A model generated the notes under the pieces. It ran no database searches, was not told where the DNA came from, and saw nothing but the letters and a program-made list of their open reading frames with translations. Both the position numbers and the translations under genes were made by a program. From the NCBI RefSeq assembly GCF_963921235.1, contig NC_086097.1, positions 180,422,001 to 180,486,000 of the forward strand: a stretch of 64,000 bases of DNA, in the 5' to 3' direction. Numbering within the stretch: position 1 is the first letter of the stretch; every line of letters starts with the position of its first letter. This stretch comes from Mobula hypostoma (taxonomy: Eukaryota). Below are positions 24,011 to 37,679 of the stretch, one piece after another.

Positions 24011-25982
24011 AGAAATACGAAAGAAAAAAAGAATAAATAATGAAAAAAAAATCTACCTACGGCCTAGCCTCTCTTCGTTAAAGGCTCAATGAGTCAAAGA
24101 CTCAGCTCCCCACTCCAACACCGGCCACTCCACCTAAACTTAACATCTTCTTATTGGACCCTCCCAAGTGCCTAATTATGTGCAATCCAATATCTCCTCA
24201 GGACTGTGGCGTGCAAAATGTGCCAACTGCCCCCACTCGCTCCTTTTAACCTCTCTCTCTCCAAAAGATCCAGTGTCTCCTCAGACTGTGGCACACAAAA
24301 TGTCTGCATGAGAAAATCTGGAGCCCAGCAGCTGTGGATGTTGGCCTAGGAGAGGAGATTGATCTTTCTACTGAATTTGAAGAAATTTGCAAGGACACCA
24401 TCTGTGTTAATTTCTTCAGAGCCTTGAGCTACCTCTGAAGTGTACAAGACAGGGATCAGTGCTACTTGGTAAACCAAAAGTTTTGTGTTGAGCTTGAGGT
24501 ATTGATCTTCAAACATATTCTTTCTCAGTCAGCCAAAGGCTGTGCTGCTACACTGAAGGTGATGGCGAATTTTATCATCAATGTCTACCTTCATGGAGAA
24601 GTGTCTTCTGAGGTATTAATGTGGTCTACCATTTTCAGAGTCCTGCAGTAAACTTTTATTGATGCAGAGTACTTTTATACAGCAGGACTGCGGTCATCCC
24701 ATCCAGGAAACCTCCTCTGTACCTTCTCCAATACAATTGCATCCTCCCTAAAGTTTGGCATCCAGAATTGTTCATAGTACTCAACAGTAGCCTAATCGAT
24801 GTTTTATAAAGTTGTACTCAAACCTCACTGCTCTTATATTGTGTGCCCTCATAAATAAAGATAATTATCCAATGTGCCTTGCTCTCTGACTTAACTGCCT
24901 GAGAAACACATTCATTGATACTTAAATATGCACTAAGGTCCCTTTGTGGACTGGACAGGCTGGGTTTGATTTTCTTTGGAGCAAACAAGACTGGGGTGCG
25001 GGGATGGGTTACTGCTGCAGGTACACAAAACTATGAGGGGCGAGAAGAGAATACTTAGTAGGAAACTTTCCCTAAAGCAGGGGTATCTAAAATTAGAACA
25101 CTTGGTGTAAAGTAAGAGGAAGATTGTCCAGAGGGAATTTGAGGAATAACTTTTCACTCAAAAGGTGGTTTGAATATGGAAGGCACTGGCTGAAGGAAGT
25201 GATGGAAGCAGAGACTCTCACAACAGCTAAGCATGCACTTGAATTGCCAAGGCAATGAGAGTTGAGTGCCAATAAATGGGATTAGTATAGATGGATAGTT
25301 GATGGTCAGCATGGATGTGATGGGTAAGTTGCCTATTTTTGTGATATACAGTATGACTCTATGACACCAGAAGAGATTAAACTCTGTTCTTTTCCACAAC
25401 AATTAACACCCTTCATAAAACAAATGAAGAAGACTTTGCTGTGATCTTCCCCTGGGATGATAGTATCATCTAACTGGGAAAGCCAAAATCTGGATTGGGA
25501 GTGAGATTTTGCATTTATATCTCTAAAAATACAGGTTGTTGGCTCGGACAAGACCATGCTGTGACTATTTTGTCAGCAAGAGGAATTATTTGCTACAATG
25601 TTAGAATGAAACATTCACAATTCACAGGGCAGTGGCTGAGCATGAGCCTAGTGGTTGATAACCAGATAACACTGTCTGTGGAGATGGTGGAATCAAATAC
25701 TGTCACTACATTTAAGAAGCATTTAGAGAGACGTTTTAACAGGTGAGACATAGAAGGATAAAGTCCTAATACAGACAAATATTTTTCACACAGATGGTTG
25801 TGGGTATCTGCGACAAGATACCAGAGGAAGTTTTGCAGGTAGATACTCTTCATAATGTTTGACATTTACAAGACATTTGGAAAGGCACATGGATAGAAAA
25901 TGTTTAAAAGGGTATGTGTCAAAAGCAGGCTAGTGGAACAAGCTCAGTTCGAAAACTTGGTCAACATAATTGCCTTAAACAG

Positions 25983-27990
25983 CTGTGATATTTCTGCTGC
26001 TGGACCGTCAAGTCATCAGCCGGGTCCATCCGTCTTCAGACACTTCATCCCTTAACCCGGAACATCCTCGGGATGATGGGACAGCAGAAGGTGATCAGTC
26101 TTCTACCCCCAATGGTCAGACTTCCAGCTACTGTCGTCCCTTCGCAGCTAAAGCCAACTGGACGTTCTCTCTGCTGCTTGGGCCGTGGTGTTAATGGCTC
26201 TTCCTGGTTCTCCCTTGTATCCCTAAAGCTGTCATCATCTTCCAGCATGACATGGCGGGAAATCCTCTTGCCCCCACTTCAACAGGGAAGTTCCACATCT
26301 GCCAGCCTTGCCATCTGCAGTCCGCCACCCGGTCTTCGTACTTCGCAAGCTTCCTCTCGTGCGCCTCTTGGCATCGGGTCTCCCATGGTACTGTTAGCTC
26401 TATCACCATGAGCTTCTTTGCACTCTCTGACAATAGTAGAACATCTAGTCGAAGTGTGGTCTCTACTATTGGTGGGAACACCAGCTTCTTTTCAAGATCG
26501 ACCTTCATCTCCCAGTCCTTTGCCATGCTCAGGATACCATCTCCAGCATGTTCCCCGGTCTTGATGAAGTTGATGAAGTTGGTTGGCTGTCCTTTTTGTG
26601 GTCCGTTCTCCTCTCTGTTTCCAAAGTGTGGGTGAGTGCTCTCAAAACCTGGTTGTGTCTCCATCTATACCGTCCCTGGGAAAGGGCAACCTGGCATGAA
26701 GAAAGAATATGCTCGAGGTTGGCTGGTTTCTGGCACAGATGGCACGTTGGGTCTTCTGTTATTCCCCAGTTCCACAGGTTTGTTGGAGTTGGTAATACAT
26801 CGTACACAGCCCTCAGTAAGAACAAGAGTTGGAAAGATGTATATTTCCATATGTCATCCCACGTCAACAGTCTCTGTTCTGTTTCCTACTTTGTCCAGGT
26901 CCCTTGACTCCCCATCTCCACTGCTTGCACATATCTAGCCTCCTCCTCTTTCTGACTTATCTCCTGCTGGATCAAGTGCCGTCTGTCCTTAGGGTTGGCT
27001 TCCCTCCACCTGATTGTTGATTCCCATCTTAGGCCTTGTCTGCCCTTACACACTATTCCGACAACGTCTCTGTGGCGAAGTTGGGACTCTGCTTCTTTTA
27101 CCGCCTCTGCTGCCTTCCATTTGCTCCCTGTCTGTATCTTGACTATTGCTTCATTGACCTTGTCATCCTTGGAGTCCTTGAGGGTCATGATGAGGAATGC
27201 TTTCCCTGCCTTAAATTCCTCTACAACTGAGGAGAGGGGCAACCAGAGCTTGGCTGACTTGCTGTATAGCCCTGTTGAAGAGAAGCACTGCGGTACTCCG
27301 AACCACGTTCTCAGATACCAATTAATCTTCCTCTCCATGCCCTTGATCGTTGACAGGGCGATGTCATACAGCATCATTGGCCACATTAGTCTGGGTAGGA
27401 GCCCATGCTGGAAGATCCATGCATCTTCCTGGTAATCTTCCGGGTAAACCTAATTTGTCGATCTTTACCAGCCTTTCAGTTGTTTGTTGCTCCAGGCTTC
27501 TGCTGTTGTTGACATCCTTCAGGCTGTCATCATACCATTTCCCTAGACACTTGATGGGGTTTCCTATGACAGACCGGATTTCTTCATCCTAGATCTTCAA
27601 AGTGAACTTCTGGGTAAATTGGCCTTTCTTTATCACCAAACACCTTGATTTGGCAGGTTTAAATTTCATTCACGCCCATGTGGCTGTCTCGTCCATTGAT
27701 TGGAGTACCCATCTGGCCTGGATATGTGTTGTGGTTGTAATTGTAAGGTCATCCATACATCCTCTGCTTGGCGGCCGTCTGATATTAGTGCTTGTCTTTG
27801 GCCTTCTGGTCTCTCTTTTCCCAGCCTCTATCAGTAGATTCATGACCATGAAGAAGAGGACTACTGATATAGTGCAGCCAGTCACAACATCCTTCCCTAC
27901 TCGCTGCCATGATGTTACGCAGTCCTGCACGCTGAACCTTAAGTGAATCCCCTCGAAATAGCTTGCCAGGATCTTGGATAACATGAAGGG
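25983..27990 (-). mobile_element. Hero-type non-LTR retrotransposon with restriction-like endonuclease, 5'-truncated
   Basis: RT GCTISVVLF...CMDDLT; zinc knuckle CHLC...LEHILSSC; RWRHNQVL; RLE region LRLDVLL...IELTVPWE...AHERKLAKY...PVEVGARGF; several stops and frameshifts. Confidence 0.85.
26005..26080 (-). ncRNA. Hammerhead-like RNA motif in non-circularly permuted order, Hero 3' UTR (partly decayed)
   Basis: GGAUG-UU-CCGGGU...GAAG-UGUCU...ACCCGG-CUGAUGA; architecture matches 46930..47008. Confidence 0.5.
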
Positions 27991-28104
27991 CCAAAGAGCC
28001 CACTTCTGTGCATGTAACTCTTACATCAAAATACACTCCAAGAAACAGCATAAAATCAAACTGCTGGAGGAACTCAGTGGATTAGGCAGAATCCATGGAG
28101 GCAG

Positions 28105-29075
28105 AGAGATAGACCATAATGCATTGGAGCAGAATTAAGCCATTTTGGCCCATTGAGTCTGCTCCGCCATCTGATCATGACTGAATTATTTTTCCCTCTC
28201 AATCCCATTCTTCTACTTTCTCCCCATAATCTTTGATGCCCTAACAACCTACTGACCTCCACTTTAAATATATCCAATGACTTGGCTGACTCAGCCACCA
28301 GTAGCAATGAATTCCACAGATTCACCACTCTCTGCTTCCTCATCATTGTTCTAATGGGACATTCTTTTATTCTGAGGCTGTACTAGACTCTGTCACTACT
28401 GGCAATATCTTCTCCACATCTGCTCTATCTAGGCTTTGCAATATTCAACAGGTTTCAATGAGATACCTTCTTATCCTTCTAAATTCTAGAAAATGTAGGT
28501 GCACAGCCATCCAAAATTCCTCATACATTAATTCTCTAATCCCTGGGGTCATTTCTGGTAGTCTTCTCTGAACCCTCCCCAACATTCTTCCTTTGATATG
28601 GAGCCCAAAACTTATAAAGCCTTAGCAATACATTCTTACTTCTATATTCTAATCCTCTTGAAGTCAACACTAACATTGAATTTGCCTTCCTTGCTACCAA
28701 CTCAACCTGCAAGTTAACCTTTAGGGAATCCTGCACTAGGACTCACAAGTCCCTTTGCGTCTCCAATTTCTGAATTCTTTCCATACCTAGAAAATAGTCC
28801 ATGTCATTATTCCTTCTACCAAAGTGCATGACCATATAGTTCCCAATACTGTATTCCATCTGCCACTTCTTTGTCCATTCTCTCAAGCTGTCCAAATCCT
28901 TCTGCAGACTCCCTACTTCCTCAATACTACCTGCCTCTCCACCTATCTGTATTACCTGCAAATCTGGCTACAAAGCCATCAATTTTGTCATCCAGATCAT
29001 TAACATATAATGTGGACCCAACATCAACCCCTAAGGACCACTAGTCACCAGCAGTCAATCAGAAAAGGCCCCCTT
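28105..29075 (-). mobile_element. CR1 3' portion
   Basis: LQKDLDSLREWTKKWQMEY, RVVNLWNSL. Confidence 0.85.
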
Positions 29076-29929
29076 CAGTCAATGTTTCATGTTGAGATCC
29101 TGCATCAGGACCCTGCTCCAGATCCAATATCTGCAGTCCCTTGTGAAAACAGTCTCTACCTTCCAAAAGGAATGCTACCCACACACATATTCCATAGGAG
29201 CAGAATTAGGCCATTCAGCTCATCAAGTCAATTCCTTACCGATAACATTCCAATATCTGCAGCATTTTGTCTCCACAGTCAGAGAGCAATACAGCATGGA
29301 TACAGGCTCTTCAACCCAACGAGTCCATGACAACCATGTGGTCCACCTAGTTAGCCCCAATTTTCTGCATTCAGTCAATATCGTTCCAGTTCCCTCCACT
29401 CCTCCGTGTACCTCCAAGTCTTAAATGATAGTAATGTACCTATGTCAACCACTTCCTTTGGCAGCTCATTCTAATGTACTGACTACCCTCTGCACGAAAA
29501 CATTGTCCCTCTGATACCTTTTAATTCTTTCCCCTCTCACCCTAAATCTATCCTCCCTAATTTAGATTCCCTCACCCTGGGGAAAAGACTGTTACCATTC
29601 ACCTTATCTCTGCGTCTCATAATTTTAAACACTTCTATAAGCTCGCCCCTCATTCTCCTACATTTCAAGGAAGACCCAGCCTGGCCAACCTCTCCCTATA
29701 ACTCAGGTCTTCTATTCCTATTAATGATATCTTCTCTAGCTCTTTAATGTCATCCTCAGTGCATTCCCCAATGGTTTCCAACATCTCCCACCCCTCACCT
29801 TCTGCACAATCCCAATCAAGCATTCTCTGACACACCCATCACTATCTTCCCTCCTCCACTCTATATTATCTTTACATTATTCTCAATCTGTAACATTGAT
29901 TGCCCATCTCCCTCCACAATACTGCCTTG

Positions 29930-30760
29930 AGTAACACATACAAAAAGTTGGAGGAACTCAGCAAGTCAAGCAGCATCTATGGAGGGGAATAAACAGTCAA
30001 TGTTTTGGGCTGGAAAGACAGAAGCCAGAAAAAGAAGGTGGTGGGGGGGGGGGGGAGTGGAGGAGTACAAGCTAACAGGTGATAAGACCAAGTGAGGGGG
30101 AAGGTGCATGGGTGAGGGAAGAGGATGAAGTAAGAAGCTAGGAGGGGAGAGGTGGGAGGGGTAAAGGGCAGAAGGAGAAGGAATCTAATAGGAGAGAACA
30201 ATGGACATGAAAGAAAGGGTAGGAGGAGGAGAGCTAGAGGGAGGTGATGGGCAAGAGAGGAGAAGAGATGGGTTAAAAGTGAAACCAGAGTGAAGAATGG
30301 AAAAGGATAGGAGGAAGGGGAAAGAGCTTAATGGAAGTTAGAGAAATCGATGTTCATGCCATCAGGTTAGAGGTACCCAGACAGAATATGAGGTGTTGTT
30401 TGTCTAACCTGAGTTTGGCCTTATCATGGCAGTAGAGGAGGTCATCGATTGACATGACAGAATGGGACTGGGAAGTTAAATTGAAATGAGTAGCACTGGA
30501 ATATCCTGTTTTTGGTTGTGGACAGAACATTGGTGCTCAGCAAAGCAGCTTCCTAATCTACATCAGGTTTCACCAATGTAGAGGAGGACACACTGGGACC
30601 ACTAGGTAACATAGATGACCCTGAAGGACTCATAGGTGAAATGTCACTCACCTGGAGGGACTGTTTGGGACCTTGAATAAATGAGGGGGTGTAATGGGCA
30701 AGTGTAGCACTGTCACACTGGCAAGGGTAATTGCATGAAGGAGATCAGTGGGGAGAGACA
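29930..30760 (-). mobile_element. Penelope-like element: GIY-YIG endonuclease remnant + 3' end
   Basis: Reverse complement reads IQGPKQSLQVSDI..., VIYV..., LLYIGET, HLIFCLG, MNIDFSNF. Confidence 0.85.
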
Positions 30761-33139
30761 AGTGGACATCATCTAGTTTCTTTTTGTTATCTCGTCCTGT
30801 CTCTTTGCATTCTCCTCCACTCCTCCACTCCCTCCTGCAAACCATAAACTACATCAATATAATCTCAGGAAGTCAGTAACTCTAAAGAAAGGCCTGACAC
30901 GGGTGAATGAGAGGGAGATATTGTTGTGCAGAGTGCCCTAGGGCAGAAACTGGTTCTCTCTGCATTCCATCCCTTATAAGGAGAAAACTTGAGCTCAGGA
31001 GAGCAGGGGAAGCAGGAACGGCAAGTAGCAAATCACTAGAGGAGGGTGGTATTGGCTCAGGTGAGAGGTTTATTCTCCGCCATTGATGCTGCCTGACTTA
31101 CTGAGTTTCTTTGGCATTTTGTGTGTGTTGCTCAAGATTTCCAGCATCTATAGGATCTTTTGTGTTTAGAAGGCCACTTAGCTTCTTAAGCCTGTTTCAG
31201 AATTCAAAACAAAATGCTGGGAATCAGAGATGTTTTAAAAATGCTCAGATGGTCAGGCAGCATCTGAGGGGAGAGAAACTGGGGTCAATATTTCGGTAAA
31301 ACAGCCAACATAATCAAAGATCCCACCACCCCTCCCAGTGGGAAGAGGACACAAGAGCCTGAAATCACGTACCACCAGACTCAGGGACAACTTCTATCTG
31401 CTACTGAACGATTCCTGAGCACAATAAGATGGCTTCTTGACCTCACAATCTACCTCATTATGACCTTGCACTTTATCGTTTCCCTACACTGCACTTTCTG
31501 TGTCCAGTAACACTTTATGTTGCACTCTGTTCTTGTTTTACCTTATACTGCCTCAATGTACCACTGTAATGAATTGATCTGCATGGACAGTAGACAAGTC
31601 AAGTCTTTCACTGTATCTTGATAAACTGATTTACCAATTTACTGAAGCCTCTTCAGCCCAATGCCACCTCAGTTACTTGCTCCATCCTCTGCATGGCCAA
31701 TCTTTTATTCCTGGAGTCTCTGAGGTTGCCAGAGATTAACATGTATAAGTGGCCAGATGGGGTGCAGGCCATGAAAATGGTCTGAAGCTGTTGGTGGCTC
31801 TCATCCTACTCTCCATGAAGAGTTGCACCTTTTCTTGGAAGTATCTGCCAGCTCTTCTTCCACCCCTTTCTCCATCTCTTTATACTGTCTGTCTCCTCCT
31901 TTTCTTTCCAGTTCTGATGAAGGATCTCAACCCAAAACATCAACTGTCGATTTCCCTCCTCAGATTCTGCCTGACCTATTGGATTCCTCCAGTTCTTTAG
32001 TATGTTGCTGCAGATTTCCAGCACACATAGTCTCTTGTGTATCCAATGATGTTGAGCCAGTCATTTTGCCCTTTAAGTACAGGATGCCATGCTCATTAGG
32101 GATGGCGGGCAACACTAGAAATGTGGCCTCAAGTGCATTTTTTCCCTGATGTGGTCTGATCCAGAACAAAGTTTTGGGTGTCATTTCCTCCCTGTGGTGA
32201 TCCTTGGAGGCAAGGGCTGACAATGTACCGACCTTAGTTGCTGTGGACAGGCATGACATTGCTTTGGTCTTTTGCTGGAAATGACCCTCAGTGAAAGGGC
32301 TAATTGATGACTAACCCCTGGTCCTCTGGTTTCTCAATCCACTCAGGCTTGCAAGGAAGTCTTCATGCCAACAGTGTGAAGACAACAGGTTCAAGTATTT
32401 GGGAGCAGTTCCCTGCAAAGGACATTGGTTTTCTTCTCTTTACCCAGTGCAAGACTTCCTTCCCAGAGGAATCACGGCGTTTGAGTGACTCCACCTGGCT
32501 GGCATCATGAGTCGTTCTTCTAAGACAAGAGCAACCTGGCACAAGGAAAAATCGTCCTCGGCAGGAAGTAGGAAACCAAAAGCTTGGGTTCTGTTTATAA
32601 GCTGAGTAATGTTGTGTAATTGAATAGTCATGGATAAAATTACAGATCTGTTGTTTTAACAGTCTGTATGACTGTTTGTGTGAGGAGAAATAAAAGGAAA
32701 GCATTCAGTCCCTCAGTCTTGTTCTACCATTCAAGGAGGCCATGGCTAATCTAGGGAAAGCATGTGGAAAGGGTGCAGAAGAGGTTTAAAAGAATGCTGC
32801 CTGGTTTAGAAGGTATAAAATCTGGAAAGGTTGGACAAACTTGGCTTATCCTCCATAGAGCACTGGAGGCTGAGGGGAGTCCAGATCAAGCTTCTTTTTA
32901 ATTATGAGAGGCATAGATTGGATAGAATCTTTTCCCCAGGGTAGAAACGTCAAATGTCAGAGGATATGTGGTTTAAGATGAGAGGAGAAAAGTTTAAAGG
33001 CAATGTCAGGGGTAACTTTTTTATGCAGGGAGTGTTGATGCCTGAAATAGGTTACCAGGGTAGTAGTGGCAGCAGACAGTTTGGTGGCGTTTTGAGGCTT
33101 TTAGATGGACACGTGGATATGAAGGGAGTGAAGGGATTT

Positions 33140-35450
33140 ACACCATCAATTTCTTTTCTTGCCTGTCTCAGTAATCTGGGTTATATCTCAACAGGTCCTG
33201 AGGACTTATCCACCTTAATACTCTTTCAGAGACCCAATACTACCTCCTCCTTTACTCTGAAATGCCATAGTTTATCAATACACTTAACACTGATCTCCCT
33301 GTCCTCCACGTCCTTCTCCTTGTCAATACTGATGTAAAGTGCTAATTTTGGACCTCACCTACATCCTCTGCATCTAAGCAAATGTTCCTCCCTTTTTCCC
33401 TGAGTGCTGCTACCCTCTCCCTAGTTATCCTCTAGTTCCCAATGTGTGTTAAAATACCTTGGGATTCTCTTTAATCCTCCTTGCCAACCACATTTCATGG
33501 TTTCTCCTGGCTTTCCTAATTCCCATCTGTCTGGCTTCTTTATAATCCTCAAGGGCTCAGCTGATTCTTGATTCGGAACCTTTACATAGTTTTCCTTTTA
33601 CTTCTTGACTAAAATTCATGACCGTCCCCACATCGAAGGTTCTCTTAATCTTGCCATCCCTGTCCTTCCTTCTGGGACATACCCATCCTATACATTGTAT
33701 AGCAATGCATTCAAAATGCTGGAGGAACTCAGCAGGCCAGGCAGCATCTACAGAAAAAAGTAAACAGTCGATGTTTTGGGCCGAGACCCTTCTTTAGGAC
33801 TAGAGAGAAAGAGGAGGAGTCAGAGTAAAAAGGTGGGGGGAGGGAAGGAAGAAGTACAAGATGGTAGGTGATAGGTGAAACCAGGAGATGGGGAGGGAGT
33901 AAAGTAAAGAGCTAGGAAGTTGATTGGTGAAAGAGATAAAGGGCTGGAAAAAGGGGTATCTGATAGGAGATGACAGAAGACCATGGAAGAAAGGAAAGGC
34001 AGAGGAGCACCAGAAGGAGGTGATGAGCAGGTAAGGAGATAAGGTGAGAGACAGAGAGAGAAAAACAGGAATAGGGAATGCTGAAGGGGGGTGGGGCGCA
34101 ATTACCAGAAGTTCAAGAAATTGATGTTCATTCCATCAGGTTGGAGGCTACCTAGACGGAATATAAGGTGTTGCTCCTCCAACCTGTGTGTGTGGCCTCT
34201 TCACAGCAGTAAGGGAGACCATGGACTGACATGTCAGATGGGAATGAGAAGTGAAATTGAAATGAGTTGCTACCAGGAGAACTCACCTATTCTGGCATGC
34301 GGACAGTAGGTGCTCTGCGAAGTGGTCTCTCAATACACAGGAGGCTACACTGGGAGCAGGATACAGTAGATGACCTCAACAGACTCACAGGTGAAGTGTC
34401 ACCTCACCTGGAAGGACTGTTTCAGGCCCTGAATTGTAGTGAGGGAGCAGGAGTAGGGGCAGGTGTGGCACTTCTTCCTCTTGTAAGGATTAAGTACCAG
34501 GACAGAGATCAGTAGTACTCTTCCTTTCCAGTCCTGATGTAAACATTGACTGTTTACTCTTTTCCATAGATGCTGTCTGGCCTGCTGATTTCCTACAGCA
34601 TTTTGTGGGTGTTGCTTTGGACGTCCAGCATCTGCAGATTTTCCTGTGTTTGCTGTACTCTGTAGAGTTGGTCTTCAGACACCTTCCACCTGTTGAATGT
34701 AGACTTGCCCAAAAACTGCTGTTCCCAGTTAATTCTCCTTAGTTCCTGCCTAATGTTCTCATAATTTGTCCTGCTCCAATTTAATACTGTCTCACGAGAG
34801 ACTTACCTATCCTTAACTATAGCTATCTTAAAACTTAAGGACTTGTGGTCACTGTTCCATAACACCTCACCCACTGAAAAGTCGCATCACCTGCCAGGCT
34901 CATTACCCAGCACTGGATTCCAAACAGCCCATCCTCTTGTTGGACGATCTACACATTTATTTAACAAACCTTCCAGCATGCACCTAACAAATTCTGCCCC
35001 AGCTAAACCTCTTGCACTAAGAAGGTCCCAGTTTATATTAGGGAAGTTGAAATGTTCATGAGAACAACTCTATTGTTTTTACACCTTTCCTTAATCTGTC
35101 TGCATATCTGTTCCTCAATGTTCCAGTGGCTATTGTGGAGCCCTGAAATATAATCCCATGAGAGTGATTGCACTCTTACTATTTTTGAGTTCTAACCATC
35201 TAAACTCAGTGAAAGAGCTTTCCATTATGTCCCCTCTAAGTGCAGCTGTGATATTGTCCCTGATTAGTAGTGCAATTCCCCCCTCTTTTACCTCCCTTTC
35301 TTCTTTTCTAAAATATCAAACCCCTGGAACAATAAGCACCCATTCCTGACCCTCTCTCAACCAACTGTCTGTAATGGCCAGAGCATCATAATTCCATGTA
35401 CTGGCCAATGCTTTAAGTTCATCACCTTTACCCATAATACTCCTAGCATT
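33140..35450 (-). mobile_element. Old CR1 (endonuclease to pre-RT region) split by a Penelope-like insertion
   Basis: DKSSGPVEI and HFNFPNINW remnants on both sides of 33703..34635. Confidence 0.65.
33703..34635 (-). mobile_element. Penelope-like element with inverted short copy
   Basis: KRKKCHTCPY...SFQVR*HFTCESVEVIYCI, LEEQHLIFRLGSLQPDGMNINF on minus; + strand 3' end copy at 34520..34635. Confidence 0.85.
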
Positions 35451-35959
35451 ACTCTCTGTCTATTCTATCAAACTGCTTTAATGAGCAGACTACATAAACC
35501 CTTCATCCATACTTTAGAGAACACAAGCCTGTCTGTGTCACCTCTCCTCAGAATAAAACCCTTCCTGAACTGACAACATTGTATCTTCATTTAACCTATT
35601 GGTTACCATTTCAGAAAACTCCAGATCATCTATTGTGTATGGAAAAAGCATTAAAGTATATTAAGTGCAACACAAACAAAATGCTGCAGGAACTCAGCAG
35701 GCCAGAAGGCATCAATGGAAAAAAGTACAGTCGACGTTTCAGGCCGAGACCCATCGGTAGGATGCTCGGATTTCCAGGATCTGCAGATTTTCTCTTGTTT
35801 GTGAGGTGTATTATATGCATGTCATTATTGGTTTTATGTGTGTAAAACAGTAAACAGTGAGAGTAACACATAAAAAGCTGGAGGAACCTAGATCAGGCAG
35901 CATCCATGAGCGAAATAAACAGTTGGTGTTTTGGGCCAAGACCCTCCATTTTGCTTAAA

Positions 35960-36055
35960 TGTGTGTGTGGGGTGAGAAAGAGGGAGAGGGAGAGAGAGGG
36001 GGAGAGAGAGAGAGAGAAAGGGAGAGGGAGGGGGGAAGAGAGAGAGAGAGGATTC

Positions 36056-36089
<34 letters not shown>

Positions 36090-36590
36090 CGCGCACGCTC
36101 GAGCACGGGAGGAAGAGAGGGTTCTGTGTGTCTATGGGTGAGGGAGAGAGAAAGAAGGCTGCGTGTATGTGAGGAAGAGCGGGGGGAAGGCTGTGTGTGC
36201 GCATGCGCGCGCGAGGGAGAGGGCTGTGTGTGTGGAGAGAGAAGTGTGTGTGAGAGAGAGAGAGAGAGGCTGTGTATATGTGTGTGTGTGTGTGTGTGTG
36301 AGAAAGTGAGAAAGAAAGGGCTGTGAGTGTGTGTGAGAGAGAGGTGCATGTGTGTATATATCTCTGTGAAAAAGAGTGTGTATGTATGCAATACACACAA
36401 ATATAAGTGACTGAGACATAATGTGTGTATATGTGTATGAGAGAGTGTGTATGTGGGTGTATATGTGTTATGAGAAAGTGTGTATGTATTTGTATATGTA
36501 TGAGAGAGTGTATGTGTGTGTGTATATATGTTTGAGAGACTGTGTATGTTTATGTGTGAGTGAATATGTGACTGTGTGTGAGTGAGTAGA
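35960..36590. repeat. Compound (GA)n/(GT)n/(GC)n low-complexity tract
   Basis: Direct reading. Confidence 0.9.
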
Positions 36591-37679
36591 TTCAGTCATA
36601 GAACTGATAAATCAAAGTTGGCCATTTGGCTTACCGAGTTGGTAGGCTCCTGGGTAGAACAAAGCCATCAGTCCCTTTCCCCTGATCCCTGTGAATTATT
36701 ATCTTTGATTGTTGACCAGATTTCCCTCCGAAGGCCCTGACTGCTTTCACCCCACCACAGGGCATCACTGCTCTCTGTGTAAAAAAGTTTCTCACATCGC
36801 TCTCTTATCTTTTACCCAAAGTTTTGATCTATTTTCCATCCTCAATCTGACAGCTTCCTTTCTCTTCCACTACCTAAACCACTATGAATATGGTCACTTC
36901 TGTCAAATCTCCTCTCATCCTCCTAGGCATAACCCAGGTTCTCCAGCCAAATTTTATATTGCAAGGTTCAGTTATTCAACACTTCACTCTTGTAACCGAC
37001 ACCAGATCGATCTTGCAGGACAAGTGTGGAAACCATGCAGTACTGGGAGACCATGTAGACTGACACATTGGTGAGAGAACATGTAAAGTAACACTGAGCA
37101 AGACCGAGGAAACTCCTAGACGGATTTCAGGACAGCACTGAGGGAGCAAATACAGTAACACTGGGATAGTGCCAAGGGAATGCTTGGGCCAAATCAGGCA
37201 GCGCTGGGCAGTGATGAAACAGCACACAGGGCAACATTAAATAGTGTTAAGGGAGCCCCTGGACCAACAAAGGAGCCATTCTGAGGGAACCCAAGGCAAT
37301 GTGCCAGATGACCTAAGCCTTCACTGCTGCTGAAATCCCTCTCGCTGGAACCATACATTTTGGGAAAGTTTTTCCTCACAACTTTCACGAATTATATTGA
37401 AAGCTGAAATCCTGACAGCTGGACGTGAAACATTCATCATTTCTCACTCCACATATGTTGCCTGACTCGTTGAGTGTTTCAGATTTCAGATTTTCTGCAT
37501 CTGCTATTTTGATTTTCCTGTGTGTGAGTGTATTGCTGTGTGCCTCGGTAAATTGGTACATAGTCAAAGATTATAGAATTATACAGCATAGAAACAAGCC
37601 CTTTGGCCCAACTGGTCCATGTCATCCAAATACTCAGCAAAGCCAGTACCATCCACCTACTTTTAGTCCCTATCCCTCT

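Noticed and set aside
32040..32700. Unassigned island as a possible exon
   Set aside because: Stops in the frames I translated and no recognisable motif; left unannotated.
35888..36419. Overlapping His/Thr/Ser-rich ORFs
   Set aside because: Translation of dinucleotide repeats.
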